A stretch of DNA of 36,332 nucleotides, taken from IMG/VR virus record IMGVR_UViG_3300038312_000251; one strand, given 5' to 3'. The notes below the pieces were generated by a model that made no database searches, was not told the origin of the DNA, and saw only the letters and a program-made list of their open reading frames with translations. This DNA is from an uncultured virus (IMG/VR IMGVR_UViG_3300038312_000251) (taxonomy: Duplodnaviria > Heunggongvirae > Uroviricota > Caudoviricetes). Both the position numbers and the translations under genes were made by a program. The first letter of the stretch is position 1; each line of letters begins with the position of its first letter. Below are positions 17,689 through 26,831 of the stretch, one piece after another.

Positions 17689-18611
17689 ATCACTACTTTT
17701 TTCTCAGTTTTATAATCGTATTTTGTTTTTATCTCAACAACAACGTTCATTCCACCATTGTTATCATGATTAAAATCTATCACTTTTGCATATTCAAACA
17801 AATCGTTTTGTAAAAAATTATTTTGAATATCCATTACCAATTCTGGATAAGCAAATTGAACCGCAGAAACTCCTTTTATCAATTTATAATTTTTACCAAA
17901 CATAGTATTTTCAGGAACATCGCCACGATTTAATTCCATTAAAATATCGCACTTTTGCTCTACATTTAATTTGAATTCAACAATTGATAAATCATTGTTT
18001 TGAAAGGTTATTTTTCTTTCAATATCCTTACCATAAATTCTTTCTCCAATAGGCATATCCAAAATGCTGGTAACAACTACATCATTGGTATTATTTACCA
18101 TTACATTTATTGAAGACAATTTATCAATTTCCCAATCTGATTCATTCATATCGTTACTTAACATCAAATCAATCCAACTGGTACTTTCTCCACTTATTTC
18201 CTTAACGGTATTTGCTACATCTTCAATAGTTTTAAACCCGCCAATATCAGAAGCAACCTGTATGTAAGGTTGATAACCTCTCTTTGTTAATGAAGTCCTG
18301 CGATATTTTGGTAATTTATTTATTTTCTCAATCGTGTTATTCAAATCATCAATAATGTCCATCAATTCCCAATATCCACAATTTGAAAATTTATTAGAAA
18401 AGTTTTTAAATTGAATTAAAACATCTTTACAATCTGAAGTCAGTCTTTTTAAATCATTCAAATGTGAATTATCTATACTGACTGTTTCTCCTGAAAAATA
18501 TCGGTTTATAGCAGGATATGAATTCAACATAAAATCTCTATATCTCGTCAAAAAATCAATTAACGGATATTTTGTCACTTTTTGAAATTCTATTACAACT
18601 GTTTCTATCAT
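17685..18611 (-). CDS. Baseplate protein with C-terminal gp25-like region (sheath initiator)
   Basis: 'GKDI...NDLSIV...NVEQ...NRGDVPENTMFG' gp25-like; directly precedes the J-like gene. Confidence 0.6.
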   Translation of the reverse strand: MIETVVIEFQKVTKYPLIDFLTRYRDFMLNSYPAINRYFSGETVSIDNSHLNDLKRLTSDCKDVLIQFKNFSNKFSNCGYWELMDIIDDLNNTIEKINKLPKYRRTSLTKRGYQPYIQVASDIGGFKTIEDVANTVKEISGESTSWIDLMLSNDMNESDWEIDKLSSINVMVNNTNDVVVTSILDMPIGERIYGKDIERKITFQNNDLSIVEFKLNVEQKCDILMELNRGDVPENTMFGKNYKLIKGVSAVQFAYPELVMDIQNNFLQNDLFEYAKVIDFNHDNNGGMNVVVEIKTKYDYKTEKKVVI

Positions 18612-19393
18612 AACCCTATATTTAATGAACCTAAAGTGGCTCTTGAAACATCCTTTAAAATTCCACCAATTCCTTTTGCGATAGCATTTGAAGCAACCTT
18701 ACCGATAAATCTTTTGTCTGAATTGCCGTCCTGTCTTTTTACAGCTTCCGCAGGAGCAACCGCTTTCATTTCTACATTATAATACCAAAGCATATTATTT
18801 TCTACGCTTTGAGAAAATGAGCTTTGCATTACTTCTACTACATAATGGGTGTTTAAAGCGTAATTATTGAAAATCAAAATACAAGGATTTCCCTTGTCGT
18901 CAATCTTAAAGGATTCATCAATAATGTTTTTCAACATCTTTATCAATCCATATCCTGTTTTAATCAAAATGTCATCACCCATGAAATTAAAACCTAAATT
19001 TCCGCCAAAGAAAGGAATATTGGAAACTGATTCAACTTCTTTCATCCCCGTCAATAAACGAAATTTTCTTCCAAACGTTCCTTGAAGTGAAATATCTCTC
19101 GGAACAAACGTGCTATTAAATAATGTTGCAATCCCTTTATTTGTCTTTGTTATAGAAGCAATTTGAGTTTTGCTTTCCATTATATTGTTAGGCATTACAG
19201 CAAAACTCATAAACCCTTTTGTGTTTCCCGAACTATCTAACAATTCAAGAGAACACATATAATATTCAAAATTGTCTGGAGCAAGAGAATGTAACGCCCC
19301 TTTCCCTATTGTGAAAGCAGCTTCTCTTGCGTTTTCAACTACTGAATTAACCGTATTTCCAGCAATTCTACCAACTTGATTTATAAATGCCAT
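18608..19393 (-). CDS. Putative tail tube initiator / baseplate protein
   Basis: 'FAVMPNNI...DISLQGTFG...WYYNVEMKAV' tube-like fold pattern; synteny. Confidence 0.55.
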   Translation of the reverse strand: MAFINQVGRIAGNTVNSVVENAREAAFTIGKGALHSLAPDNFEYYMCSLELLDSSGNTKGFMSFAVMPNNIMESKTQIASITKTNKGIATLFNSTFVPRDISLQGTFGRKFRLLTGMKEVESVSNIPFFGGNLGFNFMGDDILIKTGYGLIKMLKNIIDESFKIDDKGNPCILIFNNYALNTHYVVEVMQSSFSQSVENNMLWYYNVEMKAVAPAEAVKRQDGNSDKRFIGKVASNAIAKGIGGILKDVSRATLGSLNIGL

Positions 19394-19429
19394 ACCCTTT
19401 TATTTCTTTTACAACTTAATAACTGCTCA

Positions 19430-19684
19430 TTATGATATAGTCCCAGTGCCTGGCCCAGTTGTCGTTCCAGCTCCAGTGGAAGTTGTTACTGGTATGCCTG
19501 GTTGAACAGTTACCGTTGCTGTTTTAATCCAAGCATCCACGCCATCTGCTACAGCATTCGCTATTGAATCAGCAAAATCTTGTTTTACTTTCTCTGAATC
19601 TGACTCGTTACTTATAGGAGCGTCCAGAGCTTCTTTTATTTTTTGTTTGAGTGTAGCTCTCAAACCTTCTGTATTGACAGACAT
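19430..19684 (-). CDS. Small spike-associated protein
   Basis: 84 aa immediately after the spike gene; Gly/Thr-rich C-terminus 'VQPGIPVTTSTGAGTTTGPGTGTIS'. Confidence 0.55.
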   Translation of the reverse strand: MSVNTEGLRATLKQKIKEALDAPISNESDSEKVKQDFADSIANAVADGVDAWIKTATVTVQPGIPVTTSTGAGTTTGPGTGTIS

Positions 19685-19686
19685 AA

Positions 19687-20583
19687 TTATTCCAAATTAG
19701 AAATTTTACTTTTGATTGTATCTAACTTCGCTTGTATAGCAGCAAAAGATGCGGCATTCACAGGTGTTGAAGTAGCTCCTACTGGAGAAATAACAGTTAT
19801 TGCTTGAATGGCTTTCAGCATCTCGTCCAATAAGTCCGCCAGTGTATTCCCTAACACCATCGGCTCTTTACCGCTATTGTGGTTTATCTTTTTGCTAATG
19901 ACGTCAACTTGTCCATCCTTACAGGTTATTTCATTTTCAAATTCATCTTTGTAAACCAATCCTAAACCAAGCTCATAAACAATACTGGTTTTGGTTTCTC
20001 CTTTATCCGAAATTTCAACTTCAATCTTTTGATTAGTTCCAATCTTTACTTTCTTTTCCGAACTTATATTCAATTCATTGTCTGAACTTATATTCAGAAT
20101 TGAATCTTTATTTTTAGAACCTAATTTAACATTTAACTCAGCTGGAGTTTCTTCATCACCTACTAAAACGATATCAAAACATGATTCATCTCCGTCAATG
20201 AATAATTCTACAAATTTTGTCTTATCACCGTTTTGTCTTTTTAATCTGAATTGGTTTTCAGCTAATGAATAATACTCATTTTGTTTTCTTAATACTCCGA
20301 CTATAACAGGTAATTGTGAAATAGCATCTTTGACCCAAACAACGGCAGTTCCACGATTTTCTTCATCGGTTGGAAAGGTTATATTTTGCATAACATTAAT
20401 ATCAGCATGTACACCGCTGAAATATCCGTAACCCTTACCACCGTTTATTGTTAAAGTGTTAGTGCGATAGCAATCATTTATATATTGCTCTCGGTCAATA
20501 TCCGATGGAACTACAACGAACCCTACTCCAGCACTACCTATGCCAGTATCAAGATTTCTTATTCCAATATATTCTTCTTCCAT
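19687..20583 (-). CDS. Baseplate central spike protein (gpV/Gp138-like)
   Basis: N-terminal 'P...G..VVWV...PVIVGVL' OB-fold-like; beta-repeat middle; C-terminal 'EPMVLGNTL...SPVGATSTPVN'. Confidence 0.65.
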   Translation of the reverse strand: MEEEYIGIRNLDTGIGSAGVGFVVVPSDIDREQYINDCYRTNTLTINGGKGYGYFSGVHADINVMQNITFPTDEENRGTAVVWVKDAISQLPVIVGVLRKQNEYYSLAENQFRLKRQNGDKTKFVELFIDGDESCFDIVLVGDEETPAELNVKLGSKNKDSILNISSDNELNISSEKKVKIGTNQKIEVEISDKGETKTSIVYELGLGLVYKDEFENEITCKDGQVDVISKKINHNSGKEPMVLGNTLADLLDEMLKAIQAITVISPVGATSTPVNAASFAAIQAKLDTIKSKISNLE

Positions 20584-20585
20584 CT

Positions 20586-22208
20586 TTAACTCCTTTTTAC
20601 AGCTCCAGTTTCATTCCTATAAAGATTTATGTTTTCCCAGAACACTTGTTGTTTAGACATAAAAAAACCAAAAGAATCAGTATTGACTCTCCATTTTGAA
20701 ATAACGTTTTTCCAATTATCAGAAGTTACTTTTTCAATATCAAAATCTTTTCCAAAATCAATTATATCGAAATAACTCATTTTTTTACCGCCAATATCCT
20801 TTCCATAAATATATGCGGGAAACATCCCCTTTGAAACATTCAAAGTAGTTGTTCTATTTGTACCGCCCATGTTCACTTCATAATTATTGGTAACAGAATC
20901 AACATAAAATAATTCACCAGAAGTGTGCATAATCAATGTTCCACGCTTTATCCTTCTGTCGCCAATAATTGTAATTGTACCTCTCCTTGTAAAAGGATTG
21001 TAAGCATTACTTTCAATCAAATATTTAAAATCACACAAAGCATTTCTTAAAATCCTATCTCCATTTTGCTTATTCTCATCCTTATCTGAATTAAATCTAC
21101 CTGAATAAGCAAAGTTGAAATAATTACTTTCTACAGCTAAAGGTCTGCTGCCCCAAACTGAAGCATATTCAGGAAAAAATACAGCTGGCATAAATAAATT
21201 AGCTTCACGAAAACCTAACAAATCAGCATAAGGGATGTATTGATACCAAGAATAAATACCTTGATTATTCCAAGATAAATCAGTTGTCAATATTTCATCC
21301 GCTTTTAGCTCTATGGTAGTTAAATCAATCATTCTTTGAAAACTCTCTTTATCAAAAGGTGGTTTTCTAACATACCAATAATATTGATTACCAAAGGTAT
21401 CTCCAGCAAATTCAACCAAAGGCTCTTGACAAACCTTTCGGAAAAAATTCAATAATGAACCCTGTTGAGTTGAAATTCCTGAATCTAACACCTGTTTTTC
21501 TTCTACAGAACTATCAATAACAAGTTTCACTATTTGCCATATACCAGGAGCAACCCTTTCATTAGCCAATGTTTCAACAGCTTTTGCTCTTTCCTTTGAA
21601 TCATTTTTTGAATATTCAGTAGCTGCTTCAACTGTTATGTCCGTTTTCTTTGAATACTTATAAGATGTTTGAGTTTTCAAAGAAGATGAATCAAAACTTA
21701 ACCAAGACTGGTCTCCATAATTTAAAACAGCATTTGTTTTTTTAGCAATTAATTTTTCTTTTGCTAAAAACCAATATTTGGGGTCAACGGGAACTGAACC
21801 ATAATTTCTTATCTCAAGGTGAAGATGTGGGCCAGTGGAATGACCAGCGTTTTTATCACCAGTTGCTCCTCCAGTTGTTCCTATTTTTTGACCTTGAATT
21901 ATATCATAACCAACATTAATGTAACTTTCAACACTATGTAGATGCATGAACAAAATATCAATGAAAACGCCTTCGCCAACCCAATGTCTTAAAGTAACAT
22001 ACAATCCAGCTCCGTTCTTTTGAATAGAACGTTTAACAATTTTTCCTGAAAGTGGTGCGTTTAAAATCGTACCTTGAGGAACTCCAAAATCAATTCCGTT
22101 ATGATTTTGTATTTTACCATTTATGTTACGTTTACCAAAATCGCTTGTAACGTATAATATCGGTTGACCGACTAAAAACCCCTTTTGAAATGTTTTATAA
22201 GTTGCCAT
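20586..22208 (-). CDS. Tail-associated M23 peptidase fused to C-terminal part of the baseplate hub
   Basis: M23 motifs HNGIDF (HxxxD) and STGPHLH (HxH); hub-like 'GSLLNFFRKVCQEPLVEF', 'GTITIIGDRRIKRG...FYVDSVTNNY...TTTLNVSKG'. Confidence 0.8.
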   Translation of the reverse strand: MATYKTFQKGFLVGQPILYVTSDFGKRNINGKIQNHNGIDFGVPQGTILNAPLSGKIVKRSIQKNGAGLYVTLRHWVGEGVFIDILFMHLHSVESYINVGYDIIQGQKIGTTGGATGDKNAGHSTGPHLHLEIRNYGSVPVDPKYWFLAKEKLIAKKTNAVLNYGDQSWLSFDSSSLKTQTSYKYSKKTDITVEAATEYSKNDSKERAKAVETLANERVAPGIWQIVKLVIDSSVEEKQVLDSGISTQQGSLLNFFRKVCQEPLVEFAGDTFGNQYYWYVRKPPFDKESFQRMIDLTTIELKADEILTTDLSWNNQGIYSWYQYIPYADLLGFREANLFMPAVFFPEYASVWGSRPLAVESNYFNFAYSGRFNSDKDENKQNGDRILRNALCDFKYLIESNAYNPFTRRGTITIIGDRRIKRGTLIMHTSGELFYVDSVTNNYEVNMGGTNRTTTLNVSKGMFPAYIYGKDIGGKKMSYFDIIDFGKDFDIEKVTSDNWKNVISKWRVNTDSFGFFMSKQQVFWENINLYRNETGAVKRS

Positions 22209-22209
22209 G

Positions 22210-23508
22210 TTACTTTTCCTTTGGTTTTAATTCTATAAATTTTGTTCTATCATTTCCCCAAGAATCAAACACATAACCAGGAACAACTTCAACGTTTGCT
22301 AATTGAGAAATTACACCTTTTAAAATAAAACCAATATCCATATTTATTCTGTTAGCAAATATATCAATTTCACCGCTTGGTCTTCTCAATCTGTTAACAG
22401 GATTATTGTAAACATTATTCATGAAATCAGCTTCTTTGATATCTCCTTGTTTACCTGTACTTTGGTCATTACCGAAAACAGTGCTTGGGTCAGAAGTGGT
22501 TGAAGGATTAAAAAAGAATGAGCCGTCTTCAATCAAAATTTTCATTAAATCCCTTCCTGTTATTTCAACCCACGCTTCTGAATTTTGAGAATTTGTCACA
22601 ACTTTAACATCATCAACTAAACCAATCATATCATACACTCCGCTTGAAATAATAGATTCAAGACTAAACTGGTCTTCATCTCCAAAAGCCCACCAATCTC
22701 TTTTCTTTTCCATTTCAAGTTTCTCGAACGAAATAAAGAGTAAATCATTTGATGAAATAAGCCAATTAAAATAATTAGATTCAATGTCATCAAACTCAGA
22801 TTTTGAATAATAATTACCATCAAATTTATACATCAATTCATCTTTCTCTCCCCTTCCTAATGTACCAAAATCTTCTCTATCAACTTCAGAAGAAATTTGA
22901 GTAACACCAGCGTTTCTTCCGCTTATTATAGGTAACTTTATTACAAAACTGCCGCCATTGTTTGTAACTGTTGTAGCTAATGAAATTATGTGTTTGCTTA
23001 AATCTGAAAATTGAGAAGTTTTTTTATTTAACCAATTTGTACCGCCTTTCTTACTTCTACCAGTCCAATAAAGACTTTTAAACCATCCAAAAACTTGACA
23101 ATCTAAACTTCTTTTGGAAGTAGTGTCTATTTTATAACCGTCATCTTGTAAAATATCTTGAATCTTTTCATCAGCAAAAGCATAAAAATCATCAGTATTA
23201 ACTTGTGCATTAGTCTGGCTTATCGACAATTCAGCAGTAACTTTACTTGGATTTATTTTCAAAACACAAGGAGTGGGTAACCACATATCGACAGTTAAAT
23301 CAGAAGCACTATTTGGATATTTACCTTTTGCCGCCTGTTCTATTTTTTTATCACCGTCAGACATTTGACTCCAAATAAATTCTCTATTCAATTCAAATAA
23401 ATCTTTAGGCTCTATTCCATAGATATGATTTCTTTCCATGAATTTTGAAATATTCATTTGTCTGCCTCTGTGATAAAGCAATATGTGATTATTGTTATCT
23501 TCAGCCAT
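22210..23508 (-). CDS. Putative N-terminal part of baseplate hub protein
   Basis: 'MIGLVDDVK...VEITGRDLMKILIE' gpD/gp27 hub-like motif; follows the tape measure gene. Confidence 0.55.
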   Translation of the reverse strand: MAEDNNNHILLYHRGRQMNISKFMERNHIYGIEPKDLFELNREFIWSQMSDGDKKIEQAAKGKYPNSASDLTVDMWLPTPCVLKINPSKVTAELSISQTNAQVNTDDFYAFADEKIQDILQDDGYKIDTTSKRSLDCQVFGWFKSLYWTGRSKKGGTNWLNKKTSQFSDLSKHIISLATTVTNNGGSFVIKLPIISGRNAGVTQISSEVDREDFGTLGRGEKDELMYKFDGNYYSKSEFDDIESNYFNWLISSNDLLFISFEKLEMEKKRDWWAFGDEDQFSLESIISSGVYDMIGLVDDVKVVTNSQNSEAWVEITGRDLMKILIEDGSFFFNPSTTSDPSTVFGNDQSTGKQGDIKEADFMNNVYNNPVNRLRRPSGEIDIFANRINMDIGFILKGVISQLANVEVVPGYVFDSWGNDRTKFIELKPKEK

Positions 23509-25526
23509 TACTTATTTCCTCCAGTTTTAGTAGTATTTGGAACTGGATTGGTAGTGGTTCCAATCATTTTACCAATTATTTCATTCATTTTTGAAATCAC
23601 TTCCGCTTTTCCCTTGCTCCAAGCAGTCAAGAACTCGGTTGATTGAATAGCATAAGCGTCTTTATTCAATTTTGCCCATTCATTTATAGCTCCCTGATTG
23701 GTTATATCACCAGACAAAAATGACCTTGGGTCTCCACCTTGGGTGAATTGATTAACATATTCATCAAGTCTATCTGGAGCAATATCAGGCAATAAAGATT
23801 TAAAAGCAAAATATCCCATTTGAGTATCTGTTCCGCCAAATTGAGAAGTTATTCTTTGAATAACCGCTTGCATGATTTTACCTTCATTCTCAGGATTTCT
23901 TAATTCACGGTCAATCAAATCCATACGTCCACCAGTTTCTGGGAATAAATCTGAAACAGAACTATAAATCAAAGCTCTCATCCTTTCGTTCATGGGATTT
24001 TGAATCATACTTTGAAACGATTGTATATCAGTTCCAATCCTTGAATCCTGAGTTATTCCTTGAACAGAAGAAAATGCGGCAAGAGTTTGATTCGCTACAT
24101 CATAATTTGGTCTATCAGCTCGGTTCATATATGAACCCATTAACTGTTGTTGAATATCGTATTTTTCCTGAACTCTTGTAAAATCGTTCATAGAAATTCC
24201 CGAACCTTCAATGTTTGATAAAATGCTGACCATTCTCATTAATGCGTCCGTTACATTAGTTCCATATCTATCATAACGTCCACCCTCTTGTAAACTACCT
24301 TGTTGTAGTGATAAATTCCTTTCTAAACCAACTTGTCTTAATGTTTCCGCAAACCAATCTTCTGAAGTGCCTCTTGCTTTTATTCTCCTTGCCGCTTCTC
24401 CGCCAAATTCATCCGCTGTAAATCCATAATCACTTATTTTAGTTCCGCCCATTGAAGCGTCAGGAATAATATCACCTAAATACCTTGAAGCATCTCCGCC
24501 AGATAATCCTGATGTTGCTCTTAAAGCAGCAAGGTCTGACATATTTTCATAAGACTCACCAGCTCCAGTCATCATCTTTCCAGCACCAGCTGCGAGTGCT
24601 ACCCAGCCTAAAAATTTCAAAGCTGTTTTTAAACCCATCCCAGAAAGTCCTGCGATAGCAGAACCTCCACCCATTATTGTTCCAGAAAGGTCTCCACTTT
24701 GTAAACCACTAAACATTCCCATAAGTCCTTGAGAACCTTGAAGCATGGAATCATAATAAGGTTTACCCTGAACTTGACCGCCACCGCTCAATGCTCTCCT
24801 CAGCTGTTCGTTCACATCGGCCAAACGTTTTCCAGCGTCCATAGCCCCTACTTCCGTTTCAGCTGAGTCACGCTCTAAAATCAATGCTTTTTGTTGCGCT
24901 CTTAATCTACCAATATATGAATCAGAAGTTCCAGATTCAGACTGTCTGTTGAAATATTCAGTAAGCTCTTTAATAGCAGAAGTCAATTCAGCTTCCGCTT
25001 TTGACCTTTCAGTTTTTTCTTGTTCAATTAAATCATTTTCTTCGGCATCAAATTTGCTACCAACACGTCTGTATTCCGCTTCTCTTTGTTGGTCAATTTG
25101 TTGGTCAAGAATGGAACGGTAAAAAGGGTCATTAGCATTAGCTCCTAAACTTGCTAATCCAGATTTCCTTTGTTCTTCCATTTGTTTATCAATGGCCTCA
25201 TATTCTCTGGACATTCTTTGATGCAAATCAGCTCTGCGTGAATCATAACGCTCCGAAATAGCGTCATTTACAACACCTTTTTGAGATTGTCCGTATTGAT
25301 TAATGATTTGAGTCATAGATGAAGAACCAGGAACTAACACAACGCCCCTCTGTTGCATTTCCCTACGAATATCATCAATCATCCTATCATTAGTTGGAAG
25401 ACTTGACCCCCCTCTTGAACCGCCTGATGCTCCACTACCGCCCCCTGAAGGATTGCGTGAAACGTCATCAAGCTCATTTCTTAATTGAGAGGCATTTCCA
25501 CGTATGTTTACCGTTACATCTGCCAT
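23508..25526 (-). CDS. Tape measure protein
   Basis: 672 aa, helical/coiled-coil with a Gly/Ala-rich hydrophobic segment; follows the tube and chaperone pair. Confidence 0.7.
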   Translation of the reverse strand: MADVTVNIRGNASQLRNELDDVSRNPSGGGSGASGGSRGGSSLPTNDRMIDDIRREMQQRGVVLVPGSSSMTQIINQYGQSQKGVVNDAISERYDSRRADLHQRMSREYEAIDKQMEEQRKSGLASLGANANDPFYRSILDQQIDQQREAEYRRVGSKFDAEENDLIEQEKTERSKAEAELTSAIKELTEYFNRQSESGTSDSYIGRLRAQQKALILERDSAETEVGAMDAGKRLADVNEQLRRALSGGGQVQGKPYYDSMLQGSQGLMGMFSGLQSGDLSGTIMGGGSAIAGLSGMGLKTALKFLGWVALAAGAGKMMTGAGESYENMSDLAALRATSGLSGGDASRYLGDIIPDASMGGTKISDYGFTADEFGGEAARRIKARGTSEDWFAETLRQVGLERNLSLQQGSLQEGGRYDRYGTNVTDALMRMVSILSNIEGSGISMNDFTRVQEKYDIQQQLMGSYMNRADRPNYDVANQTLAAFSSVQGITQDSRIGTDIQSFQSMIQNPMNERMRALIYSSVSDLFPETGGRMDLIDRELRNPENEGKIMQAVIQRITSQFGGTDTQMGYFAFKSLLPDIAPDRLDEYVNQFTQGGDPRSFLSGDITNQGAINEWAKLNKDAYAIQSTEFLTAWSKGKAEVISKMNEIIGKMIGTTTNPVPNTTKTGGNK

Positions 25527-25527
25527 G

Positions 25528-25875
25528 TTATTCTTTATTGAATTGTTCTAAATCTAAATTTTCAAAGTCTTCATCAATTTGAGATTCAGATAATTTAACA
25601 ACCTTTTTTTCTGAATTGTCTGTTAAGCCAAGAATTTCGTTTTCAATTTCTTCTTCATCAGCGTCATATTCAGTCAATGATTTATTTATCAAAAGTTCTT
25701 CTTGGTATTCTATCAACATGTCAATGAAATTCATTTCTCTGTGTTGTTTAGAACCGAAAGGAACGTGATATTTTTTTCTCCACCAAAAATCTATGGTGAA
25801 CCGATGCCAATCAAAAATAAAGTTATTTACTTTCTTCTTGAGTGTTTTCTTCTTGTTCAATATCGTTTCCGCCAT
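25528..25875 (-). CDS. Second tail assembly chaperone ORF (T-like)
   Basis: Between the chaperone and tape measure genes; overlaps the upstream ORF by 53 nt; 'WWRKKYHVPF' then an acidic tail. Confidence 0.6.
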   Translation of the reverse strand: MAETILNKKKTLKKKVNNFIFDWHRFTIDFWWRKKYHVPFGSKQHREMNFIDMLIEYQEELLINKSLTEYDADEEEIENEILGLTDNSEKKVVKLSESQIDEDFENLDLEQFNKE

Positions 25876-26227
25876 TTCCGCTTGCTGAATAAAGTTGTTT
25901 TACTAAATCATCATACCAAGGTTTGATTTGCACAAGATAAGTTTCAACAATATCTCTCACTTCATCCAATTGAAGATTGGCGTAATTTTTTACATCGAAA
26001 TACTTACCGACTGAAGGAACGCACACCTGAAAGAATGCGATAGCATCTACAAGGTCTAAAACCATATACATACTCTTTACCCCCGATGCCGACATAACAC
26101 CGTAACGATTGCTTGTAAGTGCTTGTTTTAATGATTCTATGTCAATCATCTGACCTACGTTTGGAAACTTAGCGGTGAAATTCCTTTCCCCAATGTTGAA
26201 CTTAATCTCTCTTTGAATTGCGTTCAT
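25823..26227 (-). CDS. Tail assembly chaperone (G-like)
   Basis: 134 aa, directly after the tail tube; 'FTAKFPNVGQMIDIE'. Confidence 0.65.
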   Translation of the reverse strand: MNAIQREIKFNIGERNFTAKFPNVGQMIDIESLKQALTSNRYGVMSASGVKSMYMVLDLVDAIAFFQVCVPSVGKYFDVKNYANLQLDEVRDIVETYLVQIKPWYDDLVKQLYSASGNGGNDIEQEENTQEESK

Positions 26228-26250
26228 AATACGATTTTTTATTGTTTATA

Positions 26251-26288
26251 AAAATAAAAAGGTACTACGTTTTCACATAGTACCCTTT
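26251..26288 (-). terminator. Rho-independent terminator after the tail tube gene
   Basis: Minus strand GGTACTATGT-GAAA-ACGTAGTACC-TTTTTATTTT: 10-bp stem with one G-U pair, GNRA loop, U tract. Confidence 0.9.
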
Positions 26289-26308
26289 CTATAACTGTTT
26301 CGTTTTGG

Positions 26309-26812
26309 TTAAACAACTCCATTATATAGAATTGGTTCCAAATACTCAAACTCTGTATCTCTGCCTGAAATTTGCCCTTCTTGAATATCAAAACCTTCAC
26401 GGGTCATAAAAGCTCCGATAGTTTTCGCAAAAGTTTCATATTTCGTTTGCACCAATCCAGTTTCAGCGTCAATTGCTCCGTCTTTAACTTTTCTGAGAAT
26501 TGATATCTCAAGTCCATCTTCTTGAAGCAATATTGCGTTCGCCCATTCTTCAACCGTTCCAGCATTTCTAAAAGCTCCTTTCTTCATCTTGTTCGCTAAA
26601 AGATTGAAGTTTATAGTATATGAGGAACAGCTCAATGAGCCTGTCCATTCCAAAGCAGGTAACTCGTCTGGATTTAAACGACCAACGCCAGTAACACGCC
26701 CACGTCTTATATTTTCGGTGACACGCACGTTTTTCATTTTTCCAACGGTAACGCTATTTATTTGAATGATTGCTAATGGAGCAGTCATCACTTTTTCATT
26801 CTTTGTTGCCAT
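26309..26812 (-). CDS. Tail tube protein
   Basis: 167 aa after the sheath; 'IIQINSVTVGKMKNV...VTGVGRLNP.E', C-terminal 'EFEYL'. Confidence 0.85.
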   Translation of the reverse strand: MATKNEKVMTAPLAIIQINSVTVGKMKNVRVTENIRRGRVTGVGRLNPDELPALEWTGSLSCSSYTINFNLLANKMKKGAFRNAGTVEEWANAILLQEDGLEISILRKVKDGAIDAETGLVQTKYETFAKTIGAFMTREGFDIQEGQISGRDTEFEYLEPILYNGVV

Positions 26813-26831
26813 ATCCGTTTATTTTTAATGT

